The notes below the pieces were generated by a model that was not told where the DNA came from, did not search any database, and was given only the letters and a program-made list of their open reading frames with translations. A DNA stretch of 57,177 nt, the filler included, from Sphacelaria rigidula (lineage: Eukaryota), in the NCBI GenBank assembly GCA_964200075.2. It is 8 parts of 8 records of this genome, joined end to end, with 100 filler letters (N's around TTAATTAATTAA, not from the genome) between each part and the next. Parts side by side here need not be neighbours in the genome. Positions count along the whole stretch, not along the records: positions 21,482 to 28,541 come from CAXNAA020016698.1; positions 28,642 to 35,700 come from CAXNAA020016699.1; 6 more parts are not named here. One strand, written 5' to 3'. The translations under genes were made by a program, and so were the position numbers. Positions 23,351 to 34,750 of the stretch are shown here, one piece after another (within the stretch, counting starts at the first letter, position 1; the number at the start of each line of letters is the position of its first letter).

Positions 23351-26300
23351 ATTCAAGTATATCCCGGGGGCGATGAGACCCCGAAGCCTACCCGGGTAAT
23401 CGCCAAGGCAAGGTGGGGCAAGGACCCCAATACCGTTCTTACGGGGTCGGCGGACGGGTTCTTGAGGGTGTGGGACTTGAGAACTAGAGAGAAGGTCCGC
23501 AAGGTTCAGGTGGCGGGAGCGGTGATGGACCTAGAGATGTCGTGGGATAAGAAGATCGCCACGGTGGCAGCGGGGGATGTGGTCCACTTTTTGGATACAG
23601 GTGTGGTGATGCCCTTCGAGAAGATGGAGATAGAAAAATTAGTAAGTAAATATACTTGTAGTGAAGTAATCCTTGGAGTGAAATGGTGAAACGAGCGCAC
23701 ACGGCCGATATGTCCTCGTGGAGTATTGCTTTAGAGGACGGCCAGTCGAATCATCAATAGGTTGAGTAGTAAGTTGGTTGTCGCACATGACCTCATCCGC
23801 TTCGGATCCAGCGATGTTTGCACGTATTTTTTCTTTTATTACATGGTGGTACGAGGAATAAGATCAAATGAAATATAATCCTATTATTATAATAGATACA
23901 TTATCTCCCCCCTGAAATCTTGTTTGCTTAATTTGCAGCAGTAACATTATTTTGTATTCCCCCCCCTTTTCGATTACATGTGAATATTATGAAGACCACC
24001 TCTCTTTGACCCGACCCGCTTACCAATGACCTGAGTCTGTCAACCCCAGGACTGTCATACTCCAATCCCCTGTCCGGGCTGTGATTATGGACCTCACTCC
24101 GGGATTGATAACACCGCACCCCAGTCCCCAGCATCCGCCAGGCTTACCAACTCCAAATCCACTTCGCATTCGCACACGCTCTGTACCTCCTACGCTGAGT
24201 GAGTGAGAAGCTTTAACCTACACGCCCCCTGTCCCAAAAAAGATGGGGCGCACACAGCGTTCACGAGTGTCGCTTATCAAGCAGCGATCCAGAAAGCTGT
24301 AGGAAGAAGATCGATTTGATTTTTCAAAATCTCTTCCAGCATTTGGTGCGCTTGAGAAGAGTCGGATAGTTTTTGGTATCTTCTGGGAGGCGTACTCATT
24401 CGTTGCTTGCCTTGGTCGTTTGGCCATTGACCACGCATCTGTTTCGAGACGTAGGATTTTCGGGGGGGGGGGGGGGGGGGGGGCGCCGGTTTTGATATTA
24501 TTCGACGCGCTCTTCTCTTTTCTCACAGTGTGTGTAACCTGTAATGCAGTGTTTCGAACCGGGACATTCTCTCTCGCCAGCCGTATTGTTTTTTTTCCAT
24601 TAGCATGCGAATATATGGCTCTCTTGCGTTTCGTCCACTCTTCGCTCCAACACTCCCCTGTAACTACCCTACATCTTTCTGGAAAGACGACCTACAAGCG
24701 TTGTGGGTGAGTCGAAATACAGTATTAGACTTCGTGTCTAGAGTCACTTTTTCCTGTCTTGTATACAGCTGCGTAGCAGTTGTACGAGATGAGTCTATCG
24801 AGCCGATCCATCACGCTAGCTAGCGCTCAATTGATTAACTCGTTATTAAAGCATGACGAGTGATGAAGTACAGTCCGTCGTGTTTGGCCTCTGCGAGAGC
24901 ATTCACGTGAAAGAGGCGAAGGCCATGACTTATTATTTATTTTTGTTGATTATCATGACCATTATTATTATTTCCGCACATTGGTCCGATCTCTCGAACC
25001 CGTGGTCATAAACGTAAGCTTGTATTTTCAATACCGTCCCTGCTATTATTCCTTACAAGACATGGGGTCCTCGTATGTTTTTTTCTGAGACTCCAGCCTA
25101 ATTACAAAAACACACGCAATCAACTAAAATATTACTAAAATGAGGATAAGAAGATAGACGCCAAGAAAACATGTGATGAGCTTCCCCGAATTCAACGGGA
25201 GTGGAAAGGGAAAAAAACAACAACTAGCTTAGTCAATTGATTATGACCTCGACCTCCTTCACGTGGCTGCTCTCGCAGAGGCAACGCGTCGGACTACCCC
25301 TCATTACGGTTTATGCTGTTCTAGTAAGAATCAGTTAAGCGCTAGCTAGAGTGATCGATTGGCTCGATAAACTACCTCGTACGACTGCTGCGCAGCTGTA
25401 TACAGGACAAGTGAAGAAGTGACGCAAGACATGAATGTATTTTGTTTCAGTATTGTTTCGTCTCGGTACGTGCATCTAGGTTTTTGCTTTTTATTCGCCC
25501 ATATAATTTCGCATAAAACGAGGTTTTGCACATACCCTTCTGCATTTTTTTTTAAAACGCATGTTTCTGGAGATCTCAGCATCACGAAGGCATAGAGGCT
25601 AAGTTTCACGCATAACTTGGCGCATATAGTACTCCAACGGGATTATGCCCCCCCCCATGCGCAGCAACTAGTAGCTACTCGTGGGTGCTCCATGTGGCGT
25701 GGCTCTTCGAGTCGTGGCGTTTGTTTTCGTACCTTTTTTTGAAAAATTTATTTTGTCGCGGGTCTGATATCGGTTTTGTGCTGTATGTAAACTACTTAAT
25801 GTTCACGTCAAACTGATGGCGGGGGAAGACGTGTCGTATTTCACATTAGACGTGGGCTCTTGCTTTTTTTGCGCTCTTTTTTTTTTTTTCATGCTGGAAG
25901 GTACGTTCCATGAGGGGTGACGCCAGGAATCGCCTCAAGAAGGATGCGAAAAAGGCGCGTAAGTCGCACACACATACCACCAAAATGCGCATATATCGGT
26001 GCATAATTTTCACCCTCAAGCATGAGAAAAAATGGAATGAACCGCATGAGAAAACGAAAAAATACGCATGATGAACAAAAGCCCACGTCCATCATGTGAC
26101 GACAGCTGAATCCCTGACGTTATTTCGTCTTTTTTCGTGACGTAAGATCTTGTGCTCTTGCATTGTTGTCTGTCTGCTGTCAGGTGCGATGGGCATTTTG
26201 GATTCGTATTTGGTTGTGCGGTCCGGCTGTTTTGCTTCTTATCGTGGCGGCTGTGGTATTTGGTCGCTAGTTCTTGCTTCAATAATAGCATTTGTGTCAC

Positions 26301-27666
26301 CGTAGTGCGTTTGTGTTGTGAATTGGTGCTTTTGGTGCTTTTGCTTTTGCTGATTTGCTCCCTTGAAAATGTTACACGGTTCGGACGAATAATCGCCGGT
26401 TCGAAGCACCAAATCCACGATTTTTCAGGCCTGATTGCTCGAAAGAGAGGAGAAGGCTGACCGCTGGTCCAAGGGGTATCCACGCAATTATGGCGCCATT
26501 CCACGTGCCTGGGCCGCGCGTACCTGCGTTTCAACACTGAAAACAAAGCCTAAGGATTGATTCGTACGGTACGAATCTTTAATTCGTCTGACCCTTGGAA
26601 CGTTGGTATACTGTGGGTACCGTGCGGCATGTGCTGTTTTTGGTATTGCCTGACGGATTGATGGAGTAATTGACTATGGCACAGTCACCAATCGATTCCA
26701 CACCCTGGATGATGACGATACATTACATTGTTAACAAGTGTACTGAGTACAGTATCGACTATTTGCGTGTATCGTAATAGACAAGAGATTACATACTGTT
26801 CGTGGTACAAGTTTGGACAACGACAATGTCTTGTTCAGGATGTGATCGATTATCACGCATCGTCTCATCCGAGAAGGATTCAGCCGTGGTCGCGGGATAA
26901 ATTTGCCCAAGGTAAACAAAACGGAAAGGCTCGCTGAAGAAAAATAAAAATGGGGGAAAAGCAACAAAGGATCGATGGATTGATTGATTGATTGATTGTC
27001 ACACATTCACTGATCCCCGAGGGACCCAGACCCAGCCGCGGTCATTGTCCACAGAGATATACGTATTCAAGGTAACCAAAAACAGAAGCACTCGCTGAAG
27101 GAAAAAATCGAGAAACTTCCTCAATTAAACGTGGGATATTGAACGCTTGTGCGAAGTATGTGTATACCCACACCTTATTTTGTTCGTGATATATCGTTTC
27201 ATGTTTCTTCTTTTCTTTTCTTTTTGCTTGTCGCTGTTGTCTTCGTATTTTCTTCCCTTATGATTTTTTTTTCTGTCGTAGCGTTCTGCCTTTTATCTCC
27301 TTTTCCTTTTCCTTCTCTCCCCCTCTCTTTTTTTTGTGTTACTTTTTTCCCTTTGGGTTTTTGCGGAAAACAATTATCGCTGTGGTCGTCGTATTTTCGT
27401 TCCCCCTGATTTTTTTTTTCCGTCGTGACGTTCCGCCTTGTATATTCTTCCTCTCTCTCCCCCTCTCTTTGTTTGTGTTCTTTTTCATGCTTGGGGTCTT
27501 TACAGAAGACTTTTCTGAGTTGAAACGCCACACCATGCCCATCAATTTCCGCAATGAGGGAGGGGCATCTTTGCATCCGTCGGGGGACCGATTCATCGCC
27601 GGTGGCTCGGACTTGTGGGTCCGCGTGTTTGATTTCAACACGGGAGAGCAGATGGAGTGTCTCAAG
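23351..27666 (+). CDS. STRAP: Serine-threonine kinase receptor-associated protein (STRAP/UNRIP, WD40); two internal exons
   Basis: Exons 23351-23600 and 27506-27666 (phase 1 join G|AA): ...NTVLTGSADGFLRVWDLRTREKVRKVQVAGAVMDLEMS...TVAAGDVVHFLDT|EDFSELKRHTMPINF...ASLHPSGDRFIAGGSDLWVRVFDFNTGEQMECLK. ASLHP...F.AGG.D.W..FDF.TG is characteristic of STRAP. Confidence 0.88.
24388..24483 (-). mobile_element. LINE 3'-end remnant preceded by a ~22-nt C-run
   Basis: The minus strand reads (C)n-gaaaatcctacgtctcgaaacagatgcgtggtcaatggccaaacgaccaaggcaagcaacgaatgagtacgcc, matching 44495-44550. Confidence 0.75.
24708..25465. mobile_element. Fold-back/MITE-like element with ~200-bp imperfect inverted arms
   Basis: 24740-24930 (tgtatacagctgcg.agcagt.gtacgag...atcgagcc.atc...gctagcgct...gcctctgcgagagca..cacgtgaa) is the reverse complement of 25240-25430. 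Confidence 0.75.
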
Positions 27667-27815
27667 GTGAAGAGTACTTGGGCATATAGAGTTATGGGTT
27701 GGTGATAAGGGTGAGGTCGGATGGTTGTTATACTGTCAAGGAAAATGAACGCGTGGACAACAAAAGCAACATAAGCAAGACCATTAGACCACAGATAAGT
27801 CGTCAGTTCTGAGTA

Positions 27816-28027
27816 TTGCAAGGGCAGGTCGAGTAGAGTATACTCAATTGCGGGGCATTTTGAAAGTCGTACTTGGAAGTAAACAAGTTGGAGGTGGGCT
27901 TTTAGGGATCGCTTTGCAGTTATTTTTCGGGTACGACTCCCAACACTCCACCCTAATTTGAGTACCTCAAGGACGTATTTGAAGACACCCCGCAATTGAG
28001 TATACTTTACTCGACCTGCCCTTGGAG
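27816..28027. mobile_element. ~210-bp MITE with TA target duplication (Tc1/mariner-type)
   Basis: Inverted arms CAAGGGCAGGTCGAGTAGAGTATACTCAATTGCGGGG / CCCCGCAATTGAGTATACTTTACTCGACCTGCCCTTG, with TA on both flanks. Confidence 0.75.
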
Positions 28028-28641
28028 TATCGCTGTGAATATCATCGGTCAGCACTGTGGTCTTGATGTTCTGAATCTCACATCTCAGCACTGAGTAGCT
28101 GTTGGTTGGAGAATCAATCCTCTGGCCGACCAGGGTGGGATCATTCAGCGTCCTACAATCGTTTTTTAATAGGGAAAATGATTGCTAATTCAACGTGTGA
28201 CCCACCTTGACGGTCCATGCATGAGATTCAATTTGAAGTCTCTCGGATGACAAAACCGCTACCGAAACCTTCTTGTTTTGAACCGCTGGACAACAAATGG
28301 AGTACCTGGTAACTGGTGAACGGTTCGCGCGCTTCTTCGAGCGTACCCCACTGGCGCGCCTGTGTGATCCCCTGTCCGGTTCCGTTCTGCAGCCAACAGC
28401 AAGGCCTCTCGAATATATCCTTCTTCTTAACCCCTTTAAAACTTTGTCAAAGTAACCGCCCCCCCCCCCCCCCCCCCCCACCCCCCGTACAGAACGAGGT
28501 CCTCTCCAGCGGGCTCGCCTATAGATAAAAAAAAAAAAAAANNNNNNNNNNNNNNNNNNNNNNNNNNNNNNNNNNNNNNNNNNNNTTAATTAATTAANNN
28601 NNNNNNNNNNNNNNNNNNNNNNNNNNNNNNNNNNNNNNNNN

Positions 28642-28730
28642 CCAATAGAAATGCTCCGTCTCGAAAGGTGTGGGGTGTAAAGCGTCAAACGACTAAGGCA
28701 AGCAACAAATGAGTACGCCCCCCCCCCCCC
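28642..28730 (+). mobile_element. LINE 3'-end remnant ending in C13
   Basis: tgctccgtctcgaaagg...tcaaacgactaaggcaagcaacaaatgagtacg-C13; matches 44495-44550. Confidence 0.78.
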
Positions 28731-29100
28731 ACTAGAACCTTTTGGCCAACGAGGAACCAGAAGCGATTAACCAGCAGCCATAATTCACTTGCGAACAAAC
28801 CGCCCCCTGCTCTCCTTCAGTATCCGCAGCCATTACCCTAGCACCTGCTACCCGACACAACGCTACGTGATAGATTCGTCGGGCTAAGCTCGCTCCCTCA
28901 TCAATGCCGTAGTACTAGGCTATGCGCTCGGCCAGACCTGCTCTTCTACGGAGCAGCTGCGTGCGTCCTTAAGAATAATCATTTTTTGCGCACGCTTAAT
29001 GTGTACACGGCAAAAATCCGCACCCTTCTTAGCCACTTCTATTGAGCGAGGACCCTTGTAGCCAGGGTCGCTTGCACCTTCTGCTTTTGAGCGTGCGTAC

Positions 29101-32100
29101 CTTGCTGGTGTGCAGAGGAGCAAGAAGTGCTGGAACTCCTTGAGGCTTATTTTCCCATCGTGGTCCAAGTCCGCCCTTTTGAGCAATTTTCTGCCGAATA
29201 GATACCGAACAAGGACAGAATAAAAAAAGTGGCGTTCGTTTCCAGTTACTAAGTTCGCATTCCGAGATCAACAGCAGCAGCAGCAGCAGCAGAATGAGCA
29301 GTGAAAAACCGATAGTGTTGATATTGTTGGCCTTTGCCCACAAAGGTGTTTAGCCAAGGTTTATGGGATATTTTTCTGTTACACACAGACACGTCAGCTT
29401 CTCGCACAAAATCTACCGGAGAATGACTTTTCACGAAACGTTCCCCCACGAGGCTGGTTTGGATCATGACCCTACTTCGTTTCAATATTCTCGTACATAT
29501 TACACCTTATCCTGTATAGCGAGGTGAGAGACTTGACTCCCACTCTTGAAACTTGGGGGCTGGACTATTGCCTGGAAATATACTGGAACTCTAAAAGCGG
29601 GGGTGGGGGGGTGAGGGGTGATATACTACGTACCTCAGTACAATACTGTAGGAACTGATATGGTGCCAAAAATTAGCTGTAAACTTATCATCCGGGGGTG
29701 TCATTATTCAAGGGGTGGTACACCACGTACGGGTTATACATCCCGTATCCCATGGTATGCGATTCCTCAGACCCGCGGTCACCGGGTACGGGGAGGTACG
29801 AAGACCGGAGTAGTATACAGCAATAAAACGAGCAAACAACAACTCCTTAGCCAGGGTGTTTCGAGGCCTCAGAGATTGTACGGCGGTGTGGAGAGAAACA
29901 AGGAGGACAGGTTGGACCATAATCGCCTGGTCCGGCGAAAACCCGGTCTGCTCCGCCCAGGCTTTATAGGGATGAGAGGTCAACCGACTACGGCATGAAA
30001 GATAAACGTGTACCCCCCTCCCCCCCACCCTCTTGATTTTCACGCACACTCATCCTTCACGAATTAACTCAATCGCGATCTGTCAAGCGGTATGCGTACC
30101 AGAGGCAGATGAACAGGAAACAGTAACTACTCTACTCTGAACGGAACTTGAGCAGGAAAGAAAAGGGGAAAAATCAAGAGCGATGTCATGTCCGTTAGCC
30201 ATCACCAGCTTCATTTTCGGGAGGAAGTATGTGGAGGCACACAACGAGGGAACAGAGATAAAGAAGCTGACGTGCATCATGGCCTGCTACCGTACCACAT
30301 TTTACGTACGCCATGGCTTCCTATTGTGTAGCATTACTAAACGTGGAACATCAACACAACACACACGGATGCATACAAGAAGAAAAAAAGCATGATGGAC
30401 AGGTATCATAAAACAATACCTGAACAGTGGTTGTTTATGGCGCATTGCTAGACGCTGTTTTCTCGGTGGTTGAGAAAAAAAAAAAAGTGAATGAATTATA
30501 AATGCTCTCGATTTTTTTACGAAAAAAACAATACAGCGACACCTCTTCAACGCTACTTTTCACGGTGATTTCCATGAGAATCGAAAGTATTTCGTCGCAT
30601 CCCCCGCCCCTCCACACCATGCCATAAACATGGACTGACTCACGATATTTGCGCATCCGAAGCAACAATATCCAGCTTGTCAAGCGCCCTTCGAATGTCT
30701 TCCTCTCGGATGAATCCGTCCGCAGTGTGATCCAACGCATCGAACACGGCGGCCAACTGTGCCCTGATTCATGTTTTGATGACACGGGACGACACGAGAC
30801 AGGACAACGCAACGCAACGCAACGCAACGCAACACAACGCACATTTGAATACGGGACGGAGCGTGCGAGTAAGTGCAATCGATGGAAAGAAGAACCCATC
30901 CAATCAAGGATGGGATATTGGGCAGTCAATCATACTAAACCAACGGTCCAAAGCGCGCAATAACCAGCGCATTGGCTGCGCGTGTGCACAGGCCTGTAGC
31001 ATGTAGCAAGTGTTGCTATGCAAAGCGGCCACGCCATATGTCCTCGATAAGAAGTACCAGTAGAGTTTACCCCAGTTTGCCTCAGCCATTGTTGATAATA
31101 CTTGTACTCGACTCGAGTGTGAACACCAATATGCGGATCTTTAGTGGACAGTCCCGGGGGTCCGACCGTGCGCAGAACGCATCTTTGTCCAAATCGGCGC
31201 CGATTTGAGGCTTGCCAACGCACACTTTGTCTGGGGCAACCTTCGCGCCCACCACCCACCGCCCTTGCCAGAGGGTTCTCATTATGCCTTCGGTTACGGT
31301 TAGGGGTAGGGGTAGGGCTACCATTACTTCAAAAATGTGTCAACCATGGCTAATCTGGACGCAGACTGGGACGAACTCACCTAACAAGTACTGTGGCAGA
31401 ATACAGGTTCATGTAGAGAAACGACGTACACCAAAACAAATGCCAACATCCCCCCACGGTACATGGCACAAGCACCATTCTACTCTACAAAGTAGCTCCG
31501 CGCGCAACAACATGACAATATCTTGCAGCTGGCGCAAGCATCACCTCGTGATCGGATCAACCATCGCTAAATTCGTTTTGCCGAAGTTTCACGGACGAGG
31601 ACGAACAAGAGGGTGGGGGGGGGAGGGGGGAGGGGGGGCATCTCAAAATAATACTTATGAGTAAATACTCAAAACAACGGAAATATATCATGAAACATCA
31701 CCTTCTATGAAGCGCAAGGGCCTCGAATTCGGAGTAGTGAATAACGCCTTCCTGGTTACTATCGAAAACAGCAAACAAGTCCTCGATGTGCTCCGCCTTT
31801 GACGGCAGCTCCAACTTCTGCAGTCCGGCGTAAACCTTACAGATAACCATTCCAATCCCCCATTTCGAGAGAGACACCAACGGAGAATGGTAAAAATGGA
31901 GGGCAGATGAAGAGGGTGATCAGAGATTAATGCAGTAAATACATCGTTTGGTGTCAAATATAGGAATCTATTTACCTTCATTGATATACTCGTCCAACAT
32001 CCCGATAATAAAAGCAGCTCTGGAGTCCAACATCGGGAACTTGGTGTCTATCATGGACGAGGGACCCCTGACGTGGACACTGATGGCAGATGAAATTGCT

Positions 32101-33444
32101 GTTAACCCCCGCGTCAGGTGGGTTGGAGGCGATGGAAGAGATCGACGTTGGAGACGACGAAGACGAAACGGAGCAGACGCCGGCGTGTACCATTGTTACG
32201 CGGGAACGCTGCGCCAGAAACATTACCTTCCTCATCGGCTGCTAACAATAAACATGGATCAAAACGTGAACCAGCTCTATCGTCATGACGATGATATGTA
32301 GATACAGTAGGGATCCATCTCGCTACAGTGCATTGGGTTGCTAGGCCCGTACGAACTTACGGCGGCGCTATGCCACTATTGTCCATCGCACTTCAACTTG
32401 CGTAGCGGGTGAGACGTACGACCAGCGGTTTTTCAGGGCAGGATGGTGAGAGGCACCGCATTGAGGAAAAGGACACCACAGTACGTTGAATCAAACCTCT
32501 TCGTCCTGAACGTCGTGTCGCCGTGAAGGTAGGTCATGTTCCACTACGACCACTACGTGCTTACGACGCGGCGTCAAGGCGAGAACGCATATCCGAAATA
32601 CAAAAACAAAGCAACATGAAGCGAGCTCCAAGATTGTTCTCATGATACTAATTCCAAATTCGGCACGGCAGTGAGTAGACGTAGACCGTCAGGCAACAAC
32701 AAATGCTGGTCTGTTCAAGATCGTCTAGACTGAAGAGAACAATTTTCAACACGTTGTGTTTTGTAAAGCGCGTAAAGCGCGATTTCTTTAATGCCCGGGG
32801 GTCTTATCCGGGTATTACCCGTACTCGACAGGTTTCCGACAGTTCTGCAAGACCTATACGAAAGGTTCACCCTTACCCGGGTTACGGGTATACCCTTGCA
32901 AAAATACCCGGCTGCGGGAAAGGCTTATTGTACAACCTCCATACGGTACCCGACAGTTATGTAAGCTCTGCAAGAAATATCATACCCTACCGAACATACC
33001 CGTACCCTACAGAAGGGAACCTTGGCATCCCAGGAGCAAGGTTGTCTTCTGTACGGTATACCCGTATGTGGGGTATCGAGTTTTGGTTGGCATACTACAC
33101 CGTACCGGAATGTGTACCGAACATTCCAATATGGTTCGGCGGGATGTCGAGTCCTGTTCCGAACACTCAGGAACGGTTCGGAAGGGCATTTCCCGATAAG
33201 ATATCCCTTTCATACTTGTACGAAAAAAACACTTTTAGCAGGTATACCCTGTAGAACATAACCTCGGAATCCTGCATGCAATAAAACGCCGAAATGCTCC
33301 GAAATATTTACCCAATATACACTACAAGGTACCCAAGAGGAAGCCAGATATCAAACGGCCGTGCAGCATGTGGCTCACCGCTTCCCTGTTGACATATCCT
33401 CGCCCGTCCGCGTCCAACCGCCGGAAAACGCCGCTCACCACATC
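29101..33444 (-). CDS. Calcium-binding mitochondrial carrier (ATP-Mg/Pi carrier, SCaMC/SLC25A24-like), N-terminal four-EF-hand domain; partial
   Basis: Exons 33444-33379, 31835-31702, 30763-30644 and 29190-29101 are in phase: FRRLDADGRGYVNREA|VYAGLQKL...LFAVFDSNQEGVIHYSEF...R|AQLAAVFDALDHTADGFIREEDIRRAL...S|KLLKRADLDHDGKISLKEFQHFLLLCTP. Four EF-hands ending in E...FLLL.P fit this family; the carrier domain is not seen. Possible upstream exon at 35619-35700. Confidence 0.75.
29925..30030 (+). mobile_element. Tail fragment of C-run-flanked ~580-bp repeat
   Basis: gcctggtccggcgaaaacccggtctgctccg...ggctttatagggatgagaggtcaa...gtac followed by a C-run. Confidence 0.7.
32795..33265. repeat. Unclassified repeat rich in GGGTA/TACCC palindromic motifs
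   Basis: Dense recurrence of gggtat, taccc and cggtaccc motifs; similar motifs at 29690-29820. No credible ORF. Confidence 0.45.
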
Positions 33445-33763
33445 CTGCCATTGCACACATCACGTCACACAAAGCCAGGCACGACAGATTTCGACACTTC
33501 TCACGGAAAAGGCGTCCACATACAAGGGCGTCATCAATGTACAGCTGCCACCGCAGTAAAATACGCAGAAAATCTCGGTGGGGATGGTAACCTGGACACG
33601 CACACGAAGAACGTTTGACATCTTCCTGACCTGGCGTCTATGTCAAATGACTATCCGCACTATTTGCCTGTTTTCCCCTTTTCCCTTAGTGTTGCCCCTT
33701 TCCTCGACTATCCTTTATTAATGGTCTGCGTTTCCGTTTATTTACCCTGGGTACTTCATTGTA

Positions 33764-34127
33764 CCGGTCGGCCCGGCGGCTCAGTTGGTAACCTCGACAC
33801 CTTTTGACCGTTGGGTGGGTTCGAAAATCGGTGCAGTCACAGGATCCGGGACTTTTTCTCACAACATACCCAACAGTGAAGAGCGACTATGTCGTGGGTA
33901 CACAATGTTCGATTTTACGGCCGACGAGGAAAAGGGATTGCTGAACCCCTCTCGCGATAAAAAATAAGGCAAGCACCGCAGAAGAAAGGTGTAGACCTGA
34001 AACAAGAGGGAAAAAAAACTCCTGTGTTGGCCTTCCTCCTTGAGACCCCGGCTGACGCCCACGTACACCGGAAGATGTAGACTGGCGTCCAGAATAGATA
34101 GGATGACCACACAACAAACACACACGC
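33764..34127 (+). mobile_element. tRNA-derived SINE, near full length (~365 bp) with CA-rich tail
   Basis: Head CCGGTCGGCCCGGCGGCTCAGTTGG...GGGTTCGAAAATC; body shared with 21482-21705; tail gactggcgtccagaatagataggatgaccacacaacaaacacac also present reversed at 55925-55985. Confidence 0.85.
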
Positions 34128-34299
34128 TTGTCTCGTAATAGCGGGTGGATCATGACTCATGGTGGAGCAGTTGACGTGCAGAACTCAGTCAATCACCAGT
34201 CAATCATGGAGTTCCGCCTAAACCCAGCATAAAGCGTGGCCCGTATTTGTGTGTCGGCGAACATCGCAATGGATACCCTCAATTACGACGGCATCGCGG

Positions 34300-34750
34300 T
34301 GGCGGGGGCGTAGTCATGATTCTGCATGTCGTAGTCACATAGTCATACGACACTTGACCTCGCATCTCTACAAAGCCGGGACGAAGCACCCCGGGTTTTC
34401 CACGAACCAGGCTCGCGATCACCGAGCGCGAAGCACCGTGATGTGCTCGGCGAGTCGCACGAAGGATGGGCAAAATCCTACCAACTTTATTCGGCCCGAA
34501 GCGCACTGATGATCTAATCCTAAATGTGGATGGCAGCTGCGGGTTACACTGCCTCATGGGTGTCTCACCACATAATGTAGGAAGATCACCCCCGGGGGGT
34601 GGGGGGGGGGGCAGTACAGGTGGTGCACTCATAATCTTGCATGTCGCAGTCGTAAGACCATTAACCTCGCATCCCTACAAAAGCGCGATGGAGAACGCCG
34701 GGTTTTCGCCGGACCAGGCTTGCAATCAACAAGCGCGGAGCGCCGTGGAG
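34300..34750 (-). mobile_element. Two reverse-strand 3' fragments of the ~580-bp C-run-flanked repeat (34300-34500 and 34600-34750)
   Basis: Both contain acctcgcatc..tacaaa..cg.ga.g.ag.ac.ccgggttttc, the reverse complement of the family tail, each next to a G-run. Confidence 0.75.

Noticed and set aside
31290-31320. Telomere-like GGTTAGGGGTAGGGGTAGGG
   Set aside because: Only three or four degenerate units inside a dispersed repeat fragment (similar to 46060-46180); not a telomere.
33764-33840. tRNA gene
   Set aside because: No intact acceptor/anticodon cloverleaf, and it continues into a repeated body; it is a SINE head, as is 21630-21705.
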